A DNA stretch of 60,816 bases, filler included, from Hausera hauseri (taxonomy: Eukaryota), in the NCBI GenBank assembly GCA_046269625.1. It is 12 parts of 12 records of this genome, joined end to end, with 100 filler letters (N's around TTAATTAATTAA, not from the genome) between each part and the next. Parts side by side here need not be neighbours in the genome. Positions count along the whole stretch, not along the records: positions 33,386 to 37,612 come from JBJURY010688327.1; positions 37,713 to 41,773 come from JBJURY010786535.1; positions 41,874 to 46,157 come from JBJURY010657775.1; 9 more parts are not named here. The stretch is one strand, 5' to 3'. Shown here one piece after another: positions 37,010 to 46,257 of this stretch. Both the position numbers and the translations under genes were made by a program. The number at the start of each line of letters is the position of its first letter. Within the stretch, counting starts at the first letter, position 1. The notes below the pieces were generated by a model, which saw only the letters and a program-made list of their open reading frames with translations, made no database searches and was not told the DNA's origin.

Positions 37010-37204
37010 GATGTGCAAGGGAAGTCCATGCTCCCGACACTGCAGTCAGCAGTGTTGGGGTTAGATAGCCTATGTTTAGAAGAGTGAAAAGTGAAATATA
37101 GTAGGCTGCCAACCTCCCGTAGGACATCCAAGTCACCCCCACCTCCCCGTGGTGCACACCGGGGAACTGATGCCGCGAGGTCCCGTGCTAACGGGGCTCT
37201 GGCT
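37010..37204 (+). ncRNA. HDV-like self-cleaving ribozyme at the 5' end of an RTE LINE
   Basis: P1 GATGTGC(37010-16)/GCACACC(37154-60); P2 CCCC(37136-39)/GGGG(37193-96); P3 ACC/GGT; L3 TCCCCGT; P1.1 GG(37161-62); P4 hairpin; J4/2 GCTAA with catalytic C37188. Confidence 0.75.
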
Positions 37205-37396
37205 AGCTTGGAGAGGAGATTGCGCCGCCAAGTGAAACTGCCCAGGACTTAGGCGTTGCCTAGGACTTGGGTGTCAAAGACTCACGTGATGATATGACTC
37301 TCTATACCAGATCGGTCAAGCCCAGCTTATCAATGACCGTGCCAGAGCCTGAGTATCGGGGTGGAGGTGATAACTCAATTAATGATACAAAGAAAA

Positions 37397-37612
37397 TGAA
37401 TATTAGAAGAAATATAGATACGTGGAATGTGCGGGCATTTAACGGTGAAAGAAAACTGGTGGAACTGACGTATGAGATGCAGAGATACAAGTGGGACATT
37501 CTTGGACTGTGTGAAGTTCGATGGAAAAACTGTGGAGAATATGTCACTGAGGAACACAAACTATATTACAGCGGAAGAGACGATAAACATAAACATGGAG
37601 TCAGATTTCTAA
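37397..37612 (+). mobile_element. RTE-clade non-LTR retrotransposon, AP-endonuclease N-terminus (partial)
   Basis: TWNVR...EMQRYKWDILGLCEVRW...LYYSG...HKHGVRFL is typical of the RTE APE domain; the ORF runs off the contig end. Confidence 0.85.
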
Positions 37613-37750
37613 NNNNNNNNNNNNNNNNNNNNNNNNNNNNNNNNNNNNNNNNNNNNTTAATTAATTAANNNNNNNNNNNNNNNNNNNNNNNNNNNNNNNN
37701 NNNNNNNNNNNNGATTTACAAGATAAAAAACTTTCCTCAAGGAGCAAAAA

Positions 37751-38143
37751 ATGACTGTCCGATCTATTCATACTTCTAAGGCACCAAAAGCTATAGGTCC
37801 GTACTCTCAGGCAGTATTTACCGGGGACTTTCTTTTTATCTCGGGTCAAATTCCTTTAGATCCCACTACTGGAGAAGTAGAGATAGATTTTAAAAAAGCA
37901 GTGAGACGTTGTCTTTTGAATTTGCAGGGAATTTTGGAAGAATCACATCTAGGATTTGCAGATATTGTAAAAACTACAGTTTTTCTTACCGATATGAGCA
38001 AGTTTTCAGAATTTAATGAAGTTTATGAGGCTTTTTTTCAAGGGTGTTCTTTTTTTCCGGCACGATCTTTGGTGGAAGTACGGGCTTTACCTAGATCTGT
38101 TAGTGTGGAAATTGAAGCAGTAGCTCTTTGTGTTAAAAAATGA
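37751..38143 (+). CDS. ridA: RidA/YjgF family enamine/imine deaminase
   Basis: APKAIGPYSQAV, ISGQIP, PARS (catalytic Arg), VEIEAVA; SD AAGGAG at 37739-37744. Confidence 0.95.
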   Translation: MTVRSIHTSKAPKAIGPYSQAVFTGDFLFISGQIPLDPTTGEVEIDFKKAVRRCLLNLQGILEESHLGFADIVKTTVFLTDMSKFSEFNEVYEAFFQGCSFFPARSLVEVRALPRSVSVEIEAVALCVKK

Positions 38144-38167
38144 GGCAGAGTTTTTTTGGGGGACGTC

Positions 38168-39040
38168 GTGAGAGAAATATCTAAAGAGGAGATACGCAGT
38201 GCTTTTAAACCTATTTTAAAGCTTGCTATTGAAGAAGATCTGGGTTTTGGGGATATAACGACAGAGGCAGTTATCAGTTTAGATGAAGTCGTTACAGTAC
38301 ATTTATATGCCAAGTCTGCAGGAGTTCTCTGTGGACTCGATCTCTTTGAAGATGTTTTATCCTTGGATGGAGGCTTAAGGAAGATGAAGTTTTTTGCGAA
38401 TGAAGGACAGTTTGTTCCGGCAAAGACTTTGGTTTTGGAGATGGAAATTCTCCAAAACTCTATTTTGCGTTATGAACGTATTGCTCTTAATATTTTGCAA
38501 AGGCTTTCAGGTATTGCAACAAAGGCAAGGCAGTTTGTCGATGCCCTTGAAGGAACGTCTGTAAAGATTTTAGATACAAGAAAAACTCTTCCGGGGTATA
38601 GACTTTTGGAAAAGTATGCAGTTCGTACGGGAGGTGCTACCAATCATCGTTTTGGTCTTTACGATATGTTTTTAATTAAGGATAATCATTTGTCTATTGC
38701 AGGTGGGGTAAAACAAGCAGTTTCTAAGGTGAGAGAGTACCAAAAGAAAAACCCTCGTGTACAGCATTTACCAGTCGAAGTAGAGTGTAAAGATTTGTCC
38801 GAAGTTCAAGATGCAGTAGATATGGGAGTGGATATTATCATGCTTGACAATATGACGGAAAGTCTCTTGAAAAAGGCAATTGACATGATCCCAAGTCCCA
38901 TAAAGAAAGAAATTAGTGGCAATATCACCTTCGGAAGGTTAGGGTATCTGAGCCGTATGAATATTGATTATTTAAGTTGTGGAGCCATTACGCACAGTGT
39001 AGAAGCTGTGGATTTCTCTATTCGTGTTTTAGAAAAGTAA
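38168..39040 (+). CDS. nadC: Nicotinate-nucleotide pyrophosphorylase (quinolinate phosphoribosyltransferase)
   Basis: EDLGFGDIT, ERIALNILQRLSGIAT, DTRKT, NHRFGL, IKDNH, EVEC, MLDNM. The GTG start at 38168 follows a GGGGGA SD (the ORF track starts at 38156). Confidence 0.95.
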   Translation: MREISKEEIRSAFKPILKLAIEEDLGFGDITTEAVISLDEVVTVHLYAKSAGVLCGLDLFEDVLSLDGGLRKMKFFANEGQFVPAKTLVLEMEILQNSILRYERIALNILQRLSGIATKARQFVDALEGTSVKILDTRKTLPGYRLLEKYAVRTGGATNHRFGLYDMFLIKDNHLSIAGGVKQAVSKVREYQKKNPRVQHLPVEVECKDLSEVQDAVDMGVDIIMLDNMTESLLKKAIDMIPSPIKKEISGNITFGRLGYLSRMNIDYLSCGAITHSVEAVDFSIRVLEK

Positions 39041-39043
39041 GTT

Positions 39044-39727
39044 ATGGTAAGCCTTATTGCTAAGAGATTCCAAGAAGTAAGGCAGGAAATCCCTTCTGAC
39101 GTTTGTCTTTGTCTTGCAGCAAAAACGAGAACTTCTATGGAAATAATGGAGGCTCTTAATGCAGGAGCTACTGTACTGGGAATGAATTATGTTCAAGAAG
39201 CTAATCGCTTAAAACAAGAAGTGGAGGGACTTTGGACAGGAGAAAAGCCCTTTTGGTCTCTTATTGGACACTTACAGTCGAACAAAGTCCGATCTGCCGT
39301 CAAAATTTTTGATAGGATAGAGACAGTCGATAAAGAAGAGACTTTAGCTAAAATAGATAAAGAGTGCCAAATTTTAGGGAAAAAAATGGAAGTTTTTTTG
39401 GAAGTCAATATTGGCAAAGAAGTGGAAAAGTCTGGGGTTTATCCGGAAAAGGTAGAGGATTTATTACGAAAAAGCTGGAAGTTTTCTCACCTCACTGTTT
39501 TAGGTCTTATGACGATGGGTCCTGCCAGTTTAGACCCTGAGGCACTCAGACCGTATTTTAAGAAAACAAAGGATCTTTATGAAGAGCTTCGTGTTTTGCA
39601 TCAGAAAAATACGGGAGAGGATTTTACGTATCTTTCTATGGGTATGAGTGATAGTTATAAAGTTGCTATAGAAGAGGGGTCTAATTATATTCGTTTGGGG
39701 ACGAAGATTTTTGGAGAACGCCCTTAA
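39044..39727 (+). CDS. yggS: PLP homeostasis protein YggS/PLPBP
   Basis: AAKT (PLP Lys), NYVQE, IGHLQSNK, GLMTMG, LSMGMSDSY, IRLGTKIFGER. Confidence 0.95.
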   Translation: MVSLIAKRFQEVRQEIPSDVCLCLAAKTRTSMEIMEALNAGATVLGMNYVQEANRLKQEVEGLWTGEKPFWSLIGHLQSNKVRSAVKIFDRIETVDKEETLAKIDKECQILGKKMEVFLEVNIGKEVEKSGVYPEKVEDLLRKSWKFSHLTVLGLMTMGPASLDPEALRPYFKKTKDLYEELRVLHQKNTGEDFTYLSMGMSDSYKVAIEEGSNYIRLGTKIFGERP

Positions 39728-39735
39728 GAAATAAA

Positions 39736-40923
39736 TTACTGTCCTAACCAAAAACGTTTTACTTCATCCATGGAATTATTTTGCAACCCCTCTCGAATAT
39801 CTTTCATTAGCCTATTCATCTGATGGATATTATGCATAGTAACAAGCTCCAAGCCAAGAATTTCTTGGGCTTTAAAAAGATGATGAAGATAGGCTCTTGA
39901 GTATTCTTTTAAGAAAGGTACTTGAACGGTTTCATCGATTGGTCTTTCATCTAATTGATAACTACTATTTAAAAGGTTTAATTTTCCACTTTTTACAAGA
40001 CTTCTTGGCATGATAGCCCATCCGTGGCGAGCAATACGAGTAGGATGTACACAGTCTAGGGTATCGATTCCATGTGAAACAGCAAAAAAAACATCCTCTA
40101 CCGTTCCTATACCGAGTAGATGAACAGGTCTTTCAGGAGGAAGGAGACTTCTCGTGAGTGCAACCGTTGACTGCATCTGTGGTCTGTCCACCCCAAGGGA
40201 ACCACCGATGGCCATACCAAAAAAAGGCATTTCTTTTAAGCTGTTTGCACTGATGATACGTAAATCCTCATACACTCCCCCTTGAACAACGCCATAAATA
40301 GCTTGTTTGCCATCATTGGTGCGACTGAATTCGTCCAAAGAGCGTTTTGCCCAACGTAAGGAGAGGTGCATCGACTTTTCTGTGTAGGGTTTTTCCACAT
40401 GAAAGGGGGTACATTCGTCGAGTTGTACAATGAGGTCAGCACCGAGCTTTTTTTGAATTTGAATGCAAGATTCGGGGGTGAGCTCTAGGATTTTTCCATC
40501 TACATAAGACTTAAAAATAGCCCCTTCTTCAGAGATTTTTAAGAGGCTTTTTTTAAGGACTTGCCTTTTTCCTTTGATCTCTTGGCTAACACTACCGTGT
40601 CCCATTGCAAAAATTTGATACCCACCAGAATCGGTTAACATAGGAAGGTCATTATTCATAAATGGGTGTAGTCCACCTAAGCTTTCTATGGTGTCAGCAC
40701 CAGGGCGAAGGATGAGGTGATACGTATTAGAAAGGATAATTTGAGTGCCAAGTTCTTTTAAAAGGTGAGAGGGAACGCCTTTGATAGAGGCTTTTGTTGC
40801 ACAAAAAATAAAATTGGGAGTTTCGACGATGCCGTGAGGAGTTTGTAAGGTACCAAGTCGAGCTTTTTCCCAAGAAGTTTCTTTATAGGTGAAAGAAAAG
40901 TGAGGATAGGTGATAGGATTCAT
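39736..40923 (-). CDS. tgt: tRNA-guanine(34) transglycosylase
   Basis: ARLG..TPHG, SNTYHL, TDSGGYQ (catalytic Asp), LDEC, VQGG, HLLGIG, LDCVHPTR, YSRAYLHHL. Confidence 0.95.
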   Translation of the reverse strand: MNPITYPHFSFTYKETSWEKARLGTLQTPHGIVETPNFIFCATKASIKGVPSHLLKELGTQIILSNTYHLILRPGADTIESLGGLHPFMNNDLPMLTDSGGYQIFAMGHGSVSQEIKGKRQVLKKSLLKISEEGAIFKSYVDGKILELTPESCIQIQKKLGADLIVQLDECTPFHVEKPYTEKSMHLSLRWAKRSLDEFSRTNDGKQAIYGVVQGGVYEDLRIISANSLKEMPFFGMAIGGSLGVDRPQMQSTVALTRSLLPPERPVHLLGIGTVEDVFFAVSHGIDTLDCVHPTRIARHGWAIMPRSLVKSGKLNLLNSSYQLDERPIDETVQVPFLKEYSRAYLHHLFKAQEILGLELVTMHNIHQMNRLMKDIREGLQNNSMDEVKRFWLGQ

Positions 40924-40928
40924 AAATT

Positions 40929-41423
40929 TTATTCCTGTAAAAAAGATTCTACTCTTTTAAGAAAAGTTTCAGCCGTAAAAAATTCTGGCAAGATTTCATA
41001 GTTTCCTTTAGCATTATAGATAATAGTCAGGGGAATGCCTATTTTACCGTAGGATTTAATAAGTTTTGCTAGGGTCTCATCTTTTTTAGTCCAGTCGAAT
41101 AAAACGAGAGATATCCCTTTTTTGGTGAGAAAATTTTGGACTTCTTGTTGCTCAAAAGTCATTTTTTCATTTAACTTGCAATTAATACACCAAGATGCCG
41201 TAAAATAGAGTAAAAAAGGCTTTTTTGTGACTTTTAAATCGTCTATAAGACCTTCTTTATAGACGTTCCATGACAGCCCTCCATACTCACGTTTACCTTC
41301 TACGAATCTCTTCTCTGTTTCTTGGTTTTTCTGAGAGATATAGAAGGCAGAAATCGAGAGTATGAGTAATAAAACCAAAAAGAGTGCATATTTTTTATAT
41401 TCATTTCGGTAATTATTCATCAT
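40929..41423 (-). CDS. DsbD-like C-terminal thioredoxin domain with one transmembrane helix; probably a 5'-truncated dsbD
   Basis: LYFTASWCINCKLNE (CxxC), DWT and GIP (cis-Pro loop) are typical of DsbD-gamma. The DNA upstream no longer looks bacterial. Confidence 0.75.
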   Translation of the reverse strand: MMNNYRNEYKKYALFLVLLLILSISAFYISQKNQETEKRFVEGKREYGGLSWNVYKEGLIDDLKVTKKPFLLYFTASWCINCKLNEKMTFEQQEVQNFLTKKGISLVLFDWTKKDETLAKLIKSYGKIGIPLTIIYNAKGNYEILPEFFTAETFLKRVESFLQE

Positions 41424-42063
41424 GGGGCATGCCGGTAGGCGTGGTCAGTTAGCCTCTCTCACGACATGCAATTTTTGGTGCCAAGACTCCAATTTCACTC
41501 ATGATGTCTTGATTAGTTTTCCTGCCTTTCCTGGGAACGTGTCACATGTTTCTCTAGCATCCCATATTTCCATCATCAAACTGTATGTCACCTCTTTGTT
41601 TGTTGTCTGTGTATTTTTAAGACAGCAATGTACATAAACGAAATAACAATGTACTTATAAACCTGGCCTGTTTTGCTTTCCCGCCGATGATCTCTAGGTT
41701 ATAACGCAGATTTGTTTGTCTTTTCTTGTCAACAATCTATTTCTCTTTACATTTAATTGTTTTGTTTTCTCAANNNNNNNNNNNNNNNNNNNNNNNNNNN
41801 NNNNNNNNNNNNNNNNNTTAATTAATTAANNNNNNNNNNNNNNNNNNNNNNNNNNNNNNNNNNNNNNNNNNNNAAGTGTTTATTGTTATGCCAAAGTTAT
41901 GTTTCTATGAAATAAATATGTTATGAAAAATACTTGTTTTTTACTTGTATAGTAGTTATTTAGTTTTACTTGGCCTTATCCTATATCCCACATTACTTGA
42001 TCAAAAAGACAAGACGATATCTTTTGTAATATTTATTAACAAAGAATAATAATATTTACTTAT

Positions 42064-45000
42064 TTACAGTGCCACATACCCATGAAGTAGTGTGCTTATT
42101 CCATCACCAATGATCTGCCGCTTATCGTCCATCCAACCTAGACTCTTCTTCTGCAGCCTTACAGTTAGGATCTCATGAGCCCTAGATTGAATCCTTCGCA
42201 TATCTGATATAATGTGAGACTGCTCATGCACGACTGTTACATATTTATCGAAGCTAATTTTCTTAGCTAAAGTAGCCCTTTTTGAAAGTAGCCCTTTAGT
42301 CCGCTTCTTTATTTGACCACATATATCGATGGCATACATTTTGCTCCGCAGCGCCACAAATCTCGAGATGATTGCCCAATTAACCTCGTTTCTGAATTAC
42401 CCAAGGACCTTTTTGTTGGCTATTGAATAGTTGGAATGATCCTTCGGATCATCCGAGGTACCCATATGCTCTGCCAACTTAGCAAAATCCTCATAAATGT
42501 CCTGCGTATGGATCTGATAGACGAAAGTATCAGTATCCATGCAAATCAGCTGTATGGTCGTGAATGTGGGAACCATGATGTTGTAATGGAATTTATACAT
42601 TAGGGTCTTTGACAGATCCAGTATTACCATACCCACATACATGGGCTTGTTGAATTGCACGGATGTTTTCACCATATGGATACTGACCAAGTTCTCCGCA
42701 TATATAATGCTGCTGTGGAAATTGGGTTTGGCAATGAGCATCTTTGTCCGCTTCCACTCATAGACCAGTTCGATGTTAATCCTGTTGCGGATGTTTTCTA
42801 TGGTCTTGCCAGAAACGCTGTTGTTGTACAGCTTAAATTGTTCGTTCCTTGGCATTTGTCCACAGCTTCGTATTGAGATCTATGTAGGGCTGCAGCCAGT
42901 TGGACTGTCTGAACTACAAGGGCCAATGAATCTTAGTAATGCGGAGTTCATTCCTGTCCGCCTGCTGGAGAGTGGACTACATACCTCTCCCTACTATCCA
43001 GATGGCAGAGCATCTTTCTATGTTTTTTATGGGGCGGAGGCTTGCTCTCAGGGAGGAAAGGCAGCTGTTCATGCCTCGCGTGGATGGAAGACGGATACTC
43101 TACATCCACCTCCAGTATTTATCCCGTATCTCCACTGGAATCCAGGTCCGGTATAAGGATGTCTTCAGGATTCTCGACACATTTGAAGTTGTCGTACGGC
43201 AATGGGGCGCTCATTGCCCATCCATATAAATTGTTGGCATCCAGGTATGATATATATGAGGATTCCTTGGATGGATCATACTGGGCCTCGCTATACCGGT
43301 GAATGGCCTGGCATATTCCGCCTCTAATGCCTCTGTCAATCATGATGATCATGTCGTAATCCTTTATGATCTGCAGGATAATTCCGGTGTATCGTAGCAT
43401 TGGTACCGAGACCATTCCTGGAGCCGTAAAGAAATGATTAGGATCCAATGCATGGCTCTTCGTCGTAACATCTTGAAACTCTCAAAGGTATCTGTCAGCA
43501 GCAGTACGTCCATCTTGAGGTATATATCGCTGCATGCTCCCAATGTTCGGCATTAGAATGCATGCCAGACATTTTGAGTATACTGGTAGTAAACATTACT
43601 GATATCGCAATCAGAGAGGATATTGGAAAATCTGTCCGTAGCTGACAATGAGGTTTCATCCAGTGTTTCCCATTAGGTTATGTGGTCATAGGGAAACACG
43701 CCTTTCCTCTTAACATGGTTAAAGGTAGTGAGGAAAAACCGCTTTGTCTCCTTGAGTTCTTCTGCATGGAGGTTCTTCACTAAGGTGTCAAATGAAGATG
43801 ACATGAAACGGAAACTGTCCATTAAGCAAAGCCGCACTTTACCACCATGTTTGGTAAAAGTGACGTATTTTTCTTCACTATTTGGAATGACATCAATGTT
43901 CCCCTCAATGTTGCCCAGTTCCCGAACAATGAAATGGGAGTCATATCCACTGAGGTTGTGAAACACTACAGGCACATATGTACATGTTTTGCAACGCAAA
44001 TTTCAGTTGTTGCATGCTGTACTTCGATATGTGCCTGTAAAATGGCAGTGATCCCTGACTTTTCAATTCTCCCTAGTGAATGACATATCGCACAAGTAAC
44101 ATGATGTTGCCTTGCGCCATTCTTTTTCCTCTATATTTGACATGCTCATGTTGTACTTATGTTGTTGCAGCATATCTCCAATCCTACGAACCATGTTTTC
44201 AAGTCGTTTGGTGAAATGAGCTGCTGCGCCTGGACCCCTGAATACATATGGTCCACTGTCCAGTCCTTTGGCATACATGATATTGATATGTCGTTGTGCT
44301 GGTATGTTGTGGATTAGGGCTGCAGCTGTGAACTGGACGCAGGATAGCTTCAAAGTCGCAGTAGATTACTATTGGGTCCTTGATCTTCTTCTCGTACTCT
44401 TTAAATACGATGTACTCCTACTTGAGGAATTCTGATTTGACACAATATTTGTTTCGGCAGTACATTTTGTGCTCTGCAAGCTTGTCAACAGCTGCATCAC
44501 CGCTGAAATGGGAAAAGCATCGTTTGCATATTTCTATTTGTCCATGATGTTTTGTAATTTGAGATCTGACTAGACCCTCAAAGTTCTTCATCCAAAAATA
44601 ATGTTCCTTTTCTCCATCGTCCAGTAGGAGCAGATCCCTATGATTGTCCAATTCAACATCACATATTTGCAGGGATAGAATATGTCCTCATCATCCAATC
44701 CAATGATGTTGATGGATATATTGTTGATTCGACTGGAATTCTTGACTTCATCTATGGATGGCACATCCTTATATAACCAAACTCCTGAAGCATTGTGTTA
44801 ATCCCGTACCAGTTTTGATAGAATGTTAAACATGAAACACGTTCTCATTATTATGGACATTGATGCATGCGTTTTTCTGCCGATTCCATCCATGGACCTG
44901 AATATATAAACTGCCATGCATAGGGGAGTACTTGTGGACATACATAAGCAGTCCCTTGATGGCTACCAGGATCCATCCACACTTCTTATCCTGGCTCTCC

Positions 45001-46013
45001 TCAGCCTCGTGGATCAGCTTCCTATTTTCCTCATGCAGCCATTCCACTATATTTGTTGTTTCCAATATGGGTATATTTTGAATCTTTAAGGCCCTTTTGG
45101 ATTCTTCTCCATTAACATTGATGTATGTAGCCTCCAGTTTCATATTGACTTCAAAGGCTTTGAGCTCAGTCATACTGACCTGAAGAATGCCTCTGTTTCT
45201 TTCTTTGTGTATAAGAGGAACTCTTGGAGAGTTGTTTGACCAGTTGCATTAATAACATATCTGCGGACTTTTTTCTTTAACGCTGCTGTATTAACTGGCC
45301 GCTGTCCTTGACTTTTTAGTGGAGACGTTGTGTCTGATGCTGCTGCGCCTGATGCAGCTGCGCGTGTTGCCGTGCCTCTCAATTCTTTAATATACTTCGC
45401 AGCTGCTGCTGAATCTCCCGCGGGATACCACGAAGCAGAATACTGCGAAGCATCATGCTGTGAAGTAGAGGCATCTATATTATGTTGCTAATTGAAGATG
45501 GCCTTCTTTGATTTTGATGCGAAGTGACTCAAATGATGTTTGTTATCATAATAGAACTTTATGTAACCTGCACCGCATACAGTCTCGCATCCCGGACACA
45601 TATAATATTGGATCCTTTTGGATTTGTGTCCATAATACCGCTGCATCGTTTCATAGCACTGTTGCGGATTATGTGCTTTGGATGTGCAATAAGTATAGGA
45701 ACCGCACATCTGATTTGCTTTTGGAACACTTGTTATCATTGACATATTACTGTTAAATATTTCTTTATTCGATTTTGTGAATGAATCCAGATGCTGTTTA
45801 TACTGGTTGTAAAATTCCTCGTAACCGGTCCGGCACACTACCTCACATGCAGGACACACATAGTATCGAGTCCTGTTGTGTTGGTATCCAAAATATTGCT
45901 GCATTACACTGTGGCAATTCTGCTTCTCGTGTTTCTGCACGATGCAAAATTTGTAGAAGTTGCAAATGTAAACAAATCAATTATTTGAGGAGCACAAATA
46001 ACAAACTCACCAT
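42064..46013 (-). pseudogene. Protein-primed PolB, near full length; copy 4 (same family as copies 1 and 2)
   Basis: YLDANNLYGW, KLYNNSVSGKT, MDTDT, FHNLSGYDSHF, CYLC...DHCHFTG and the N-terminal tandem Cys/His repeats. Frameshifted. Confidence 0.92.
45935..46010 (-). other. Predicted phase-0 GT-AG intron immediately after the pPolB start codon (copy 4)
   Basis: AGA-ATG(46013-11)|GTGAGT...GTGCAG|AAA CAC GAG gives MKHEKQNCHS in frame with ORF 45488-45940. Confidence 0.8.
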
Positions 46014-46257
46014 TCTTAAAAGTGAATTTGGAAATAATGAAATATGTAGCCATGTCAACGTGCACTGTCTTTTTTTATTGATTTTTTTATTTTAATTTTG
46101 ATAATTGATGCAGCAAAACAAAACAAACATGTAAGGAAAAATACATAGTTTTAATGGNNNNNNNNNNNNNNNNNNNNNNNNNNNNNNNNNNNNNNNNNNN
46201 NTTAATTAATTAANNNNNNNNNNNNNNNNNNNNNNNNNNNNNNNNNNNNNNNNNNNN

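Noticed and set aside
37713-41423. Bacterial defence or novel operon linked to the neighbouring RTE or polB
   Set aside because: The neighbours are on different contigs and the genes are housekeeping.
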